Below are positions 1 to 15,000 of a DNA stretch of 53,133 bases, in pieces. Both the position numbers and the translations under genes were made by a program. Below the pieces are notes generated by a model. It had not been told where the DNA came from. It ran no database searches and saw only the letters and a program-made list of their open reading frames with translations. Position 1 is the stretch's first letter, and each line of letters opens with the position of its first letter. Where the stretch lies: the NCBI RefSeq assembly GCF_018977255.1, contig NW_024705340.1, forward strand, positions 1 through 53,133, written 5' to 3'. The stretch comes from Callorhinchus milii. Its lineage: Eukaryota.

Positions 1-3000
1 CTACGCTGTGTATCTCTGCACATTGAATAGTACGATTACAATCGTCGCTGTAGGCACCTTTATACTCACAAAGCCCTCCGTTGAAATCCGTTATATTATC
101 AATGTTGGCCCCGGTAGCTAAGGTAAGACTCGGATCTGTCAGGATGTGACGGTGACAATCGAGGGGAGGAATAAGGGGGTGGGAGCGGAGCCGATCACAT
201 TCGCATTCTAAAGGTAGATACTGTGCGGCTGCTCTTGACTTTTAGTTTCGGCGTCACGTAAAGGGGGTCTCTAAGCAAGTTAGCAAGTAGCTTAAAAGAG
301 CGGAACTTCACGACGTGGAAAGCTGTGTGTGGTGATGGTTCGCATCCATACCGAGTGTAGGGCAACTCCGACGCGATCATCCCCTTTGACTCTAACCCGG
401 GACTCCGGGGAAAACTACAAGCACACCTCTGGTTTGACAAATCGCATAGAGTGTGAAGGCGGTTGGGAGACGGGGAACGGCAAAGGATTGTTAGATCTTA
501 ACGATGCAAGCAACGCAGCTATAATAGGGTTTCAAGGCTGAAGTCACACCCCTAACTGCCCTCTTCTGACGCACATCTGTAGCACCTGACATGTAAAGTC
601 GAGTAGGTAAGAATCGTTAAAGACTAATTTATTCAATGCCCTTACCTAAGAAGAAAGACTCCTTATGGAGGGGTTGGTTTGTCATTCCGAAGGAGAACTG
701 ACCGCCTATAGGGATCAAAGTAGTTGTCTAATAGACGCTAAGAAGAATGAGTTTTCTTGCCGCTGATCGATAGAGTGTCACCCTCGCGTAATGTACCTTA
801 AACCAGCCGTGAGGGCAGACTCACGGGAATGTCGAGGGATTATAGGCCGATTTATTGCTGATATCTACTGGCCCCCGAATGGAGCTAGGACAGCTTGAGA
901 AGGTAGGGTCCAGGCAAGTTCAAACGAAGAGCGAGCTTAACTTATGATCCATTCCCAGCAATCGGCTGATACCTGTAAGGGCCCAGGAGGGATAGGAATG
1001 CCCGCCCACTGTCTCGATGACCGAGTGCCTTTTAACCGTTACGACCAAAAATTCGCCCGCGTTGAGTCAGAAATCAAGCGAATCCTAAAGAGGTCTAGAC
1101 CTACAGGGGGTTCCTCTCCCGAGATACTACATTTTTCAAGGAATTTCAAATCAAAATGTACAGATTGTGGGCGGGCAACTCACAAGTCCGGAGCATTCTT
1201 TGAGGAGAGGGGCGTCACACCTCGGGGAGTAAGGACCAGTCTATCCGCCTTAGGTAGTATAGTCCATCGTAAGTAAGCGGTAACCTACGGATTGCTCGTT
1301 GGTTGCGTAAGTATCGTCTCGCACTTGTTCGTATGCGGACAGCGTCGCTAATTTATATCCAAATGAGATGCTGGTGATGGACCTAAATATGGAGCTAAAT
1401 TACGGGGCTACCTCCATGTTAATGACAATTATGCTGGCCCGCAGAGAAACTACGATAGGTAGATTTTGACAAGGTCGGAAAGCATAGGGTCCGGCCCAGT
1501 CTACTGGTCATTATAGTTGAATACTCCAGTATCGTTATGCAACCGGACTGCTGCAGAACATCATCTCTTCTAACAAGTGTTACGGTACCCAGGGTGGGTG
1601 GATCCACCAAACCGCTTACGGGCTACATGATGGAGCACCGCAGTGTTAGTTCTCGTCGATGAATATTGTGTGGCTCCAAAGCACTTGTCGACTATCATCC
1701 TGCAGCTACGGGTCAGGAATACGCAATTACGTCCGCGTACCGAAGAAGGGCGTCTAGGTGATATTGGGCGTTTCTACAGACCCAAAGTGCCTTGTTGCTC
1801 TTTAGACCCTCCTGCAGCCAGACCCCCCGGAGCTCTGCCGGCGTGACCAGGCCTGTAGAGTTAACAGTGTTAGGTATGGGAACAAGAGGGCTGTGGTCCA
1901 CACTATGTGATTGACTGTACGAAGGATTTCGCACTCGAACTTTGCTACAACATAAGACGATCTCCTGATTGGCGGTCCGCCGAACGCGAATCCCTCCGAA
2001 GTAGTGGAAAACCTCTTTCAACACTCCAGACATTCCACTATAGGTTCCTTAGAAATCTGTTGTTCGCTTGATGCCAACAGCCCAACTTCTCGCAGTGCTT
2101 ATTTTCGTTCAAGGTACTGGAATGGAAGTAAGAATACATTACTCTCTCGGTAGTGTACGCTCGAGACGTTATCACTATCAGCTCGAATATCTACTAGACA
2201 GTACGTATTGCTTTTTACCGCTTACACGGCGCTCAAAGTTCGACCACGAACCACCTAGAGCCCCATTCGCCTATGCCCCAGAGGCTGACGCAGTAATTAC
2301 CATAAGGCCTTTGTGGAGTTACTCCGAGGACCCATTGCACCACGGTCCCCTTATAGCTGGGTATAGGGTCAGACAACATACACACTAGATCAAGTGCCGC
2401 CCACTAACCGTGAGGGCGTATCCCGCATGCTACCCAGGTGGTCCCAGGGAGATTCGCAACTGAAATGAGATGGGATTCTCAGGGGCAACTTTATAGTGCT
2501 TCCACGTCAAGAAAAAGGGAGCCGGTAAACGTCGTTCGATGAAGTTCGTATGGAGGCATAATTTTCTTGCACTCGCAGGGGTTTTTCAGAAAAGGTCGGT
2601 AAACCAGCCAGTAGACCAACTTAGCGCGCTGTTGAGTCCCGGAATCTTAATGCAGGAGAGTACATTTCCGTGCATCATGGCCAGACCTGGGTACCTAAAC
2701 CATAGAAACTAATGATGCCACGCAGTGTACTAGTACTCAGAACACTGTCCGTTTCCTAAAAAAGGGGTCTACCTCTAATAGGGCAGCATGATTCTCCGAA
2801 CTTAAGGCACGTGGTTCCGACCTCTGTTATACCGTCATGACGGCGCTTAGAGTATGGGTGTCTTTTGTACTGGTTTGTCCTACCGTCAAACGCGAGTGAA
2901 CATGCGCTGGGTGCGACAGCTAAACCGGCATGGGATACCAGATTATCAAGCGGCACAGTCCCGCCCAGGGGAGAGACCTGCTCCGGTTAGTGGCCGCATT

Positions 3001-6000
3001 GGAGGATTGACTCGGGCCGAGCGCGTAGGGTCGGGCACTAAACAATTCAGTCTCATGTGATTTCTTAGGTAGCGTTCGGACCAGGCAGGGTAGTCTCGCG
3101 AGCGAGACTCAATAGAGATATTTCTGGAATGTCCAACAACACTTACGTTATTGCTTTAAGAAGCACTAACAGCGGCTTTCCGCCCCGGCCTACCGAGTGC
3201 TCCTTATTCGGATTCGCTGTGAATAAGCCGCCCATAGGACGGCTATGATATTCAGTCTCATGAGACCCCACGGAATTACATGGGGAACTCTATCATCGAT
3301 AATACCTCTAGGAAACACGCTATGTCTGAACGTGCTGCCCACGCCGGACGTGGCACCAGCCCCGCCAGGTGTTTTTAACTGAATCTGGGCGTTGACGATA
3401 TGATCCCTCTCCTCTGAGTCAGTATTATCTTTACAGGCTATGCCATTAGTAAAAAGGGATGGATGCATGAGTCACAATCCCTTAGAGTCTGTTAAGGCGC
3501 ATCATAGTCGGTGACTGTATTCACATAGTTGGCGGTAGTTTGTATAGGACCACCGATTCCCAGTACCATATATGCAAGCGATCCTCGCAAAACATAGTCA
3601 TACGTCATGTGTTCTATAGACGAAGTAATAATTGGACCGCCCCAGTTTCGCAGCGATAGTCCCACGGTATACTCAAGACATATGTGTCATAATCACTATT
3701 ATCTGACATTACATTTGTAAACCTGTGCTATGACTTCTTATTCCACAGGCTGGATCAATCCCGTTGCATAACCGACCAAATGTTCCAGGTACGCAAGGGT
3801 GTACGATGCTTCCCCTCGCATGAGTTGCGGGGTTGCTTCACTTGAGTGCTACAAGTGCTCACTCCCCCATGCAGCACTGCTAAACGGGCCCAGACGCTAG
3901 GCCATACCATGCCCGGGACACTTTTAACCAAGTGCAGCAACGTCTGATCCAAGTGGGACACCACGTATGTCATTCGGTAAGTATTTTAGAATCCTGGATT
4001 CCGGGCGGGATCCGTTTGAGTAGTGTTTGTAGTTTATGAGGGGACAGCATGGCTAAACACATCCAGCCTTGGTAGCTAAGTCTTGGCAACAACCAGCGTT
4101 GAATAGTGAACTGGACGTGAGACAGTTAATTGAACAACAACAATACAGCACACTGTTCCCTCCCTGGTTCCAGCTAGGAGGTGTTACTCAGGCCTGAACA
4201 TGGTGCGTAAGTTGTTTTTAGGTCTTATCTGGTTGTTTGTTCCACGTTAGCAGGTTATTAGGCGAATGCAGTAAGGAACTTTCGTCGAAAAAGCGATGAA
4301 GAGGACGAAAACAAAGCTCTGGACAAAGTCCCTGGGGACTTCGACGGGAATTTTTCCCTCTCCGCCAATCAACAACGAACGACCCAGGATACGAGTGATC
4401 TAGGATGCTACCTCCCGACAGGGATTCGTAGAAAACTAATGAGTAAGCGTGGCGGCTGGGTTTCTAGTGCGCTTGTCCAAATGTGTGGTATAAACGACTA
4501 CGAAGGCAAAGCCAAGTACTTGCCATTTTGATCTTCGCGTCAACGGTTTTGTACAGGATATATAAGAGTAGCTTGTGAACAGGGCAATCTAGTTCCGGGC
4601 CCTACTCGTGCTTGGATGACGGCTCGTACCTAACTCGGGTTATCGTCTGATACGTTGGTTGCAAGGAGGACCGGGAAGCTTCTCAGAGGGAATCATAACA
4701 GAGTCTGTCTCCTTCTATCAGATAGAAGGAGAGAGTAACTGAGGCGACAGGTAACTAAAGCGGAGTACTTCTTGGGAGATTGACTGACGGGAAGCCCTCT
4801 GGGCAATCAAATTACCATGTAGAGAATATTCTATTGCGAATATCATCTCTTGGATACTGCAACCGTACGCCCCTTTGCCTTGCGGCTTGGTTGTAGGAAC
4901 ACGTTCATTGCTGTTGATTTTTTTATGTGCGGTATGACACACTCCGATTCACGTAGATCTCGATTGCTGTCGTTCCAGAGGGAAGTTTTAAGCGAACTCA
5001 TGCGACCATACGAAGGCGGTTATATGAAGATCTAGAATTCATGTCTGATTTTTCGTCATGAAGTTCAATTCTGTTTGATATGCGATTGCCATGTCCGCTC
5101 TGAGTATGAGGACACCGGAGGCTGGCATTGTGGAGCTAAGTTAGATCGATTACCGGTGCTCGGGCTTGCGGAATCGCAAGTTTTAATCCGGCGAAGTTCA
5201 TCCTCTAGCTGTCTACCGCTGGTTACCCGGTGTTCTACGCCATATCGTTGATCAGAGACAACTAAGTATCGCACTAGAAACAAGAAAGCGGTTGACATCG
5301 TCAGCTTCTTGTTCAGAGCTCTCGGCCCATCTTAATGGCTCAACTGGTACCGATGCGTTTGTAGATCTCCCTGTTAGCAGCTGATCACGTTGATGCCTAA
5401 CTAAGCTTAACAGGCACGGATAGAGTTCACAAGCCATTCTGATTCGGAAGCTAAAGCGAGAGAGAATGCTCAAATTATTATGGGGCAAGGCATCACATGA
5501 CCTGTGATGGGGGTGTGTTTCGCTCGTCAGGATGTCTGAAGACCCTAGATGTTGGACACAAACTATGACCTTGGAACCAAACGGGCAGCTGTTCATTGTG
5601 TCTACCTGGCCGGAAATTACGTTTGCCGCTTCGTGTCACATATACTGTGTAAATCATTTGTTCTAGCAAGATGGCCTACTGATGTCAGATATTATCCTGA
5701 ACGGAGCTTACTTGAAGCGACTGTATTCTGCGGCGGCCGCGTGAAGATTATGGCTCAAGGGGTACGGCGATAGTAAAGCGAGATCAAGGTAGCTACAGAG
5801 AATCGCAACGTGGATGCATCACATACCAACAATCTAGCAACTTAGAGGTGATCCTTCACACCAATCGTGTTCGACCGCACCATTTCGTCTAAGTTAGTTC
5901 TGGGTACTCAGACGATATTTCAAGCTCACTGAAGGACTACAAGCCGTAATCACTCCAAGACACCACATTGCTCTCCGATCACGGTATAAAAATCTCTGTT

Positions 6001-9000
6001 GTCGACAGTGCCATGCGACGCGAGAGTGAGGGGAACTGGAGACCAACGTGCAACTATTCCACGGTTAGTCTAAAGACGATTATCTGTGATCCCCGATCCC
6101 ACCAGCCCATGGTTATGGTCCAATTAGCGCCGGGTAATCGTCTCAGCTAAGGCGGTCGAGTTATTGCGCCGAAGGCCGCCTCGGCCAATTTTGGGGCTAT
6201 ATGGATTGCCACATTGCGCTTACCGAACTCAGCGACAGTTGGACACTCAAATTTACCTAGGAGGGTAGACTCGGTGCGCTGTCACAGCAATAGCGTGGCC
6301 TGTTCGTCGGGAGGATTACGACGCAATCCGAGATCTTTGTTTCCTCTTAGTATGCCCCTCAGTAGCTTCGATCCAACGTCCCCAGGGTTTGGACGCGTCG
6401 CTTAGCGGACATTTACGGGACCTTTACGAAATTATATGAACCCAGATGCGTCTTCGGAGCTCTAGTATCTACTCTCTTGATCTAAAGTCTGCGAAACCTA
6501 GTGTTATTCGACGGTACATACATGCGCAAGTATCTAATCGAGAGGCTAAAGTGCTTAATCTAAGACCGCTAGCCTCAACCGGTCAGCCCCTCCTTGCAAG
6601 AAGCTTAAATCAGCAATAACCAACTTCGATGTGGGGGTGCCTCCATCACGTTCGTAGGGCCCCCTGGTTAATATCTGCATTGGAAAAAGACTATCCTGCT
6701 ATTCGTATCTGGCCCTGGCCGTATACCACCTATAGTCTGGGGTTCTTGGATACTGGTCTGTTCGTTTAAGTGGATACTCATCGGTGGCCGTAGGCCGTAC
6801 GGGAAATATGCAGAATGTGGTTATTGTGGTTGAGAAGAAGGTACCATGCCGATTCGTCAGATATACACACGCGGATACTGGTACTGTTTATACGATGTCT
6901 CCAGATCTCATTTCGATGTCGGATTGACTTCACTGGAGCTCTACTAGTAAGGCATACAATTTTGACATGCCGGTAACAATATTGTGACGGAACCGAAGGA
7001 ACCAGCTCGGAATGCGGCGTATCACTGTCAGAGTGACGATCAAGTTACTCGCCAGAGGACGGTGCTTCACCATCAGTTAGGAACAGTGCGTCGTGTCGCA
7101 GTTGACGATTCAGGCGGCCAAGAGGGAATCGCACACTAGCAGACGAGCACTTAAGCAAAACCCGCTCGTGGAGGGTAAACCTTTCTATGTCAAGATGCTC
7201 ATTACGAGGTGATAATTCTCCTCCAAATGGTCGATTTCCGGTATGTTCACGTGCGGGTTATAACTAATTGACCATAATTAAGAAACCCGGAACTTTGGTG
7301 AGCTCCCAGCGGTTTCTTAGGAAGTTGACTGAGCCCTCTGCATGATACCGTAGAAGTGGAGCTCGATTACTTCCAAACTTCGGATTGAGAAGCTGCAACA
7401 GTCGCGAATTAGTTCGGTTTTGGTGAGGCACCATCATTGCCGTGTGCTAAGCACGTGGCTTTCCAACACTTAAAGGTTCTTAAAGGCTTACGTGCTATCT
7501 CAAGTTTTTCTGAATGACGCGAAGTGGCTACATGCCTGAACCACAGAACTGCTTCTCAATAGATGTTTGCCCCGGTATTAAGCGCATGGGCCTGAAATGA
7601 GCGGTTCGTATTGACTACCCAGTCGAATCAGAGTGCATTAGAATAGTCGACAGAGTTGTGGCGCACGGTCGGCGGAAGGGGCGGAGTGACTAGATGACAA
7701 CTAAGGGTTAGTATATTAGAAGGAATGGTTGTCGGACTTTGTTTGTGTGACGCTTGTAGCCGTATCTCAAATCCCACATATGGGAGTAGGGTGCATAGTG
7801 TGGGATATAGCGACGCAACCGGAATGACGTGAACCTTGAGCTTCCCCGTTGACGCTGGACACCTGGTCCCCTACCATAGGCCTAACAGGTTGGCCGATAA
7901 AGGTTTATCTGCCCGCAACAAGACGCCTTAAAACCTCACTAGACGTAAAACATCACTCAGCGAAGACGAGACGTGCGCACCAGGCCACCTATAATGGACG
8001 TATTGAAGTGCCGATCTGCCCCGGCAAAGAGTCTCAAGTGAATTCAACCTATAATGACGAGCGCTTGGGCCACATAAAGCGCCAGCCTCTCGGCTAAGCG
8101 CCATAAGTTCTTATGCTATGTTCCTCCGGGAAAAACGGCCTTGGATATTATCCTGGTCCGTTCCACACGGCCTCGACACGGTGATTGGTTTACCTACGTC
8201 GATGCTCCCGGTCACGTTGGCTATCCCGTTTTGCTCACTGGGGATCAATAAACGAAATCATTTATCGCAATGTACAACTTTAAGAAATCATAGAAGAAAG
8301 TAACCATAGGGACTTACTAGTAGACTTTCCTATTACGCATCACAACGGGAGACTGCCCTGGTCATAGGGTTGTAGCCACGGAGTGGTTCATCCCTTGCAT
8401 GGCCGTCATGATAACTCTACCTCCCGGACTGTCCCAGTGGCGGCTGTGGTCATTAAGGATTCACTTTCACAAAGCACAGAGTCTCAGGAGCCTAAAGTTA
8501 GTCCAGAGCAAATTGCGAACGAACTTGCATACTGCCCCCGGAATGCCAATACATATGATAGGACGCGGCCGTGCGTTCTCACTTGTAGTAAACCACACGT
8601 AAGGTGGTTCCTGATATAGCATTTTTGCTACACGTTCCTAGGCTAGAATGAATCTGGATCGAACACCGGTGGAATCATTAACAACCACACTGTACCGGCG
8701 CGACAGGAAAATGCGGGGAAATATAACGATTGGTCCGGTACCCACATTGGGAGGCCGCCTGGGATTCAGTGGCCAGGATATCCGTTTTATTGGGGGTAAA
8801 CGAATTTCTGAAAAGTAACCTTTAGGGATCGGTCTTAGACTGTACAGTGTCCCCCTATCGCGGTACTACACCTGGTGTCTCGGTAAAGAGATCACACGTA
8901 CTGCGTTCCCGGCATTCGGTTCAGTTGTACCTATTAATATTGCACCTTCGCCTGCAGTATCGCCGGCATAACAATGGACCCTTCACGCTGTATCCATCAC

Positions 9001-12000
9001 GAAGGTATACTCATGGGGTTGGCGTTAGAAGTCCTGTCGCAGAGTTAATGAGCATTCCAATCAGCCTTTTAAAAGCGGCATTGGCTACCCACCCCGAGGG
9101 GTGTACGATGGGCAGCTCGGCACTACGGGACGACTACTCGGGCCAACATCCACAGGCAACATTTGTTCTGCTTAAGGCCAGGATCGGTTACTAACGGTAG
9201 TAAACGCCGAGCACCCAGTGATGAGTGGGGTTACTCACTTACAAATACGAAAAGATGACTACCATACTATCGAGGGTCGCGTTGTCTCAAGGTAAGCTGG
9301 CTGAAGAGAGTTGGTGTGCAGCTCCAGTGCCCTTGCCACGCTAACGATGATGAAGATCTACTACACAGATGGCCGGAATCACGTGACGGATTGACACCAC
9401 TCAGTGCTACATTCGGTCTGTCACGACTGAATACCATACGGATCCCTCACCAGGCGTGATGTCAGGTAAGAAGGAGGGACCTTTAGTCACACCGGGCATT
9501 TGACTGGGAACTGGCCCGATTTCATACGGTTGCATCGTCTCGTTGTATGACGACCCCTGAATGTAGCTGAGAACATTACACTCTTTCGGACCGAAAGCAG
9601 CTGTATAGCGTTGACGGAGATGAAAGACTGTCCGTAGCCATACAAATATTTGGAGGTCCTGGTCAGGTTCTAAAAAAACTTAACTCCTAGTAAAGAGTGG
9701 GTTATTGGTTCCGTAGCGCTCTATCACTCAACAACACGGATCTTGCCGTGACATCGTCCGCGGAAGAATCGATTCCGTTTTTCCGTCTGCGGTCGGACCA
9801 ACATAGGGATGCGCGTCGTTAGCTCTAAAACGCATGCGGGGGCCTTTGACTCTAGACCGGATATACGCATTTTGTTACTGGTCATTATAGCTGTACAAAA
9901 CGGGGGTCTGTTATAGCTGCGTACCCACTACATCAGATGCTCAATGATCCACGGAAGGACACACGTATGAGCGTGAGGTAGACGCTGTAAATGACGAGTC
10001 ACCACCTACGGTCACACGGTGATGCCACAAAGAGCTATATTAATCATACTGGCTGCCTGCAGTCGCAGATACTTCATATGGTTTACGGCTTTCCGGCAGG
10101 TCAAGTTTCCGACTGCCTACAACAGAGTGTGTAGACTGCTGTCCTTTAAGATAAGAAGTGACCCCCACTTGGAAGGATGATTTAGCACGCGCCGATGAAC
10201 TGAAGTTGTTAGCCCACAATCCTTGTTGATTGTCACACATGAACTTATTACAGACAAACGCTCGATGGACCATCAATGAATCACAGGCGAACAATGAGTA
10301 TAGTATTCCTCGGGTCAGCCTGATCACCGAGGGGTTTGGAGCCCCTGGAGTTTCCCTCGAGGAGCAGTTTATCACGCGGGCACTGACTTAGTGTCGGAGA
10401 TTTATCGCCCGGAACTGGGATTTTGCTGAGATTACCCTGTGGGGGCCCATTCGTACGCTCTTACATGGTTTGGTCTGGCCAATCGTGCGTTATAAAGATT
10501 CTAGGCTCACAGAATGCCTTCAGGCATGAACTCCGTATATCTAATTTAAGCAGGGATATCGGTTTCCAGTTAGCCAGGATCGGGAACGGAGCACCCGCTT
10601 ACGTTCCCCTTGTTGACTTGTGGGATACAGACCTCGCATTCAATGATAGTCGGAATAGGGACCGATCCACTGTTGGCCTCATAAGGATTCACGACACGGA
10701 ACACAGTACGTGTTAGAATCGATCTATTCCGAGCAATGTAGTGCCTTTGCCAGGGCAATGCGTAGATAGTTGTAAGTTCGTATCCTGTCGCCACCTATTC
10801 ACTAAATACTATTAAACTGTAAGTTTCATCTGAAATGAGCTGATAGTATATAATGTAAATAGTCGGTCCGCCCTATGAATGAGGTGGTGCGGCCGATTCG
10901 TTATACAACAGCCTGCGTGCGAGCGCGTACTGAGTTAAGATCATCGGGGTGTGAGGTCTCGACAAGGAATAACTCTGGGGTCTGGCTAATATGGCCCGCT
11001 CTCCTACTGCCCGGTTATCAGTTCCGGTACGGTCAAGTGTTGGATTTTGAACCTGCGATTTCTTATTACACGACCCATCCCTACTAGACTGTATAAGGTC
11101 CGTTGTTGTTTTATAACAGGATGCCAGAGGTCGCGAGAGAGCTCGGGAGACTGGATATGGTATTGTATTTGGTCGAAGGACGCAGAGCGTACGGACTCGT
11201 ATTCGTTGTCGCAGAAGACCAGGTTCACTAACTCGAAACCGGTCTGGAAAGATTGGTTAGAAGACGGAAACTCTAATCACGGCAGTTAACAGGCACATTG
11301 GACGGACTATGGTCGATATTAGTGACGCCACTGGGACGAAAGGGAAGTGGATACTGAAGAGGATCCCGTCGGGGAACGCTAGGCCGGGCCACGGTGAGGC
11401 TTCACTTTGAGGCTGACCTTTCGGCTAAGCCTGACTTCCAACGTGGAACAGACCATGCCTTGTCATCTAAATGGGGACTCAAAGTCGGAATAAGAGTCGA
11501 CATCTGGGCAACTGCATACTTCTGCCGACAGGACTTTGGGTTTTGGCACGGAAAGCGCAGGACTTCTGTAGAAAATCTATTGCCTAGGCTTCGTACTATT
11601 ATAATAGATTTTCTATGCATGGAAGCATAAGGAAAGCTGATTATAGGGACATTGGATAATTGCTTCTGACCCTTTATCGCTGGCTTGGAAGGAGACCTTA
11701 TTAGTAAGTGCACCTTTTAGGTTCCAGGTTAGAGCTCGAAGCTGAACGCGGGTAGCGTTAGACAGATCAGACCGTACTCGGCAGATCTCTAGCTCATTTA
11801 TACTTAGGTCTAACCGTCGTAGTGCCTTAACTCTAAATAATTATGGCATTATCATATAGCCGTTATCGGTGGTCAGCCAACCCTACGGGCTGCCGACGCC
11901 AGGATGTGGTGGACACTCGGTACCAAGCAGGGCATGGAACCTCGCATACTTCTAACTAAACTAACGTTCTGCGTTTGATAACCATAGTACTGCACGATCT

Positions 12001-15000
12001 AAGTGTCGTGTTGACTATGCTGGGGAAACCTTCACATAACAATATAGACGGCGTAAATAGACACCACGTCTGCTCGGAGATCGTTATTTCGTCGTTCGCG
12101 CAAGTCTGACACTGTTAACGGCGGGGTAGGGGCGCACGGAAATTCCTGTTTATAAGACTACTGTGTCTCGCTTATCTATCCTCGCTCAGCTTACTCGAGC
12201 AATTAAGGCACACCGACTCGGACGACCTACAATAATATCTTCTGGTTCGTTAATGACCTCAGTCTTTATGATTAACACTGCGATCTTGAGTACCTAATTG
12301 CCACTCAGAATGGTAGCATTGCACGCTGTATGTCCCTTATCGTGCGCGAATTTTCCAACGCCTAGTTGAGGCGGTCTTACAGACGGGAACGTGGGCGAGC
12401 CATTCTGACAGCATAGACCTTATCAACGCATCTGCGATGGTTGCCACTTAAATGTCCACGTCATACTTCTGCGGGAACTGTGCGTCACGGAGAGAACATA
12501 CAGATTAATTGCCGACCACGTTGTTATAGTATCATCCTGACCCTTGCATCCCTGGCTAGAGTGTATCCCGGATGGGACTCCTTACTGTCCATAAAGTATA
12601 TAGTGATTCGAAGCGAACTATGCACACCTTTTGCCTCGGGGAGCGAAAGGTTTTAATTACACCCTACACACTTCCCTATTACTACCAAGTTGGTAGTCGA
12701 ATACTCGTCCGAGCCTAGACGACCGGGGCTTTAGTGTCATCATACTATCCCGCCATGAATAAGTTATAGAGTCCCGTATATGTTTATGATGCTACTTCAG
12801 CTAATCTGTAATAGCGATCGGGGCTAAAATGCGAAGCACTTCGTGGGAGCCAATTATGGGAGGCGCTTGTGTTTCTTTTCTCCACGAAAGGGAGTTCGGC
12901 AGGCGTCCGGTCATCATTTACATTGAAGTTCAGCGCGGGAAACTAGCTTGATACCGTCCATGAATCCATTCATATTATCATTATTCTGAATGGGGTTCGA
13001 TTACCGCAGTAGTCATTTTACACAAAATTGGATCAACAAGCACCTGGACTACACGGTCCCCGTAGATAAGGTCGCAGGGCACTCCCTTGGAACATTTAGT
13101 CCATACTTAGTCAGATGTATCCCTTGGTTCGATTACGTGTTCTTTAATCTGGACATTGCGTGCATGCTTTAAGAAACAGACGGATTATCAGTAGGGTGCA
13201 TATACTGGCCATGCGCTTGAGGCTGTACTAAGTTTGGCCAATACTCTTTTATACCAGAGTTGGTGTGCGGTGATCTCGCAGTTTCAACCGTTTTGTTTTT
13301 TGCTTCCAAATCGTAGGGCTTAGCCTCCGTCTGTATAACCAGATATTGGATTGGCCACCTAACCCCGGCAAGATATAACCTATCCCGCCATATTAGAAGC
13401 GGCCTGCCATAGTCCCCGTGGTTGTAGCGAACGGGTGGGTAGTAATGGCTCAGTCTGCGTGCTGTCGATCATGACAATATTCCCTAATGTTGTCCGACAG
13501 CTTCTTTTCGAATTACCACATAAAGTTAATGACTTTATCTTATACTAACGCGTACCCGCACAGCGTGGTCCACCAGTTTAGTGCCGGCCACTATCCAAGG
13601 AGGCGAAGTCGTACAAACTGCTGTAGGGACCTCGTGAGTATGAAATCGCTCTCAATAATGTCGAATGGTGGTCTAACTTTATGTTCCGCAGTTGCGGCAT
13701 ATATTGTGCATCGGCCACCGATACCGGTGTTCTCCTACGCGCGGTCGTGCTGTATCCGTATCGCGATTGCCAATACGATTCCAAAGTCGGCGGATAAGAT
13801 ATATAAGTTTAACCAAGGTAAGCTTCGTGACGATCGTTCCGACTTAGCACATCGGGCTAGTCGGCAGCAGAGCGGACGATCGTATACTCACGTCCCGCGA
13901 CGCTAGGTACCGTGCACCCAAATGGGTCCCGAGCTTGCGTTAAGCTATGCGGCCGAAATCTAGAATATAGTAGCCTTAATAACACATGAATTACTAGCCG
14001 CGGATGCCGTAAGACGGCCAAACCGCTTGGTAGTCGCTGATAGTGCTCAGCGGGAACAGACAACGATGCGGGAACAACTAACGAAAGATATTACGCGTAG
14101 GTGCTTAGCCTCTGCCGTAAAGAGGGAGCCCTATCTGTTGCCAGTAATTGTTACGCTCGCATAACGTGCCAACACCGATATTATCTAATTTGCAGTCACG
14201 GACCTAGGGAGCAGCCGCACAAAGCACTCTAGGGGGTAGTGATCGAGTGTGTGCCCGGACATAGTGCTCAACACACCGTCTCTCTTGTTAATGGGTTGTT
14301 CTTTACCATAACAGCGGGGGTTACCGTTACGATATGGTGATTGCATAGACTAAAGCAGTTGGGTTGGCTAAAGCCCTAAATCTGTCTGCTTAGCACTGTT
14401 AGGAACCGAGTGCTCTACACACCGAGGGCGATTTCCGCCTAGCCCACGCCTAACATAGGTAGCAATGTTTTAGTCATCTGCCAACCGTAGGCCTCTTAGA
14501 AGAACCTACGCTTACTCGGGTTATTACTCGCTTCACTAGTCAACTAAGTACCGCAGAAACTAGAATCTTCGCATAGATGATGAGGTTTGGCCTCGGTTTT
14601 GAGCGGCCCATTCTAGACCAGAGCTGTCCAAAAGAATGCTACAAGAGACAAGTAGCAGCGTGTTTCGAAAAGTTTTGAATCCCGCCGGGAAAGTCTAACC
14701 TTTCGTTCGGAGCATTCCATGCGCTCAGTGAGCTCTTCCAAATACAAGCATTTGACTCTATTATTTGAGGCGCGAATGACGAAAGCACCATGATGGTATT
14801 GCAGTCATTTGTGCAGTTACGGTATATCTCACTTGATCGCCGCGGAGATTCTTTTGATGGTAAGGCTAACCGCGATTTCATCTGTATCATTTGGGCGGAC
14901 GGTGAATGCGTCCAACGTTTTTATGTGCACAGTTCCACAAGTGACCCAGTAAGATAAGGAACGCTGTGGATCTAAATTGGGGGTTACGAAGGGTTACCTT

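Noticed and set aside
7988..8056. ACCTATAATG repeated 60 bp apart; also TATCCCGCCAT at ~12746 and 13381
   Set aside because: Matches of 10-11 bp are expected by chance many times in 28 kb.
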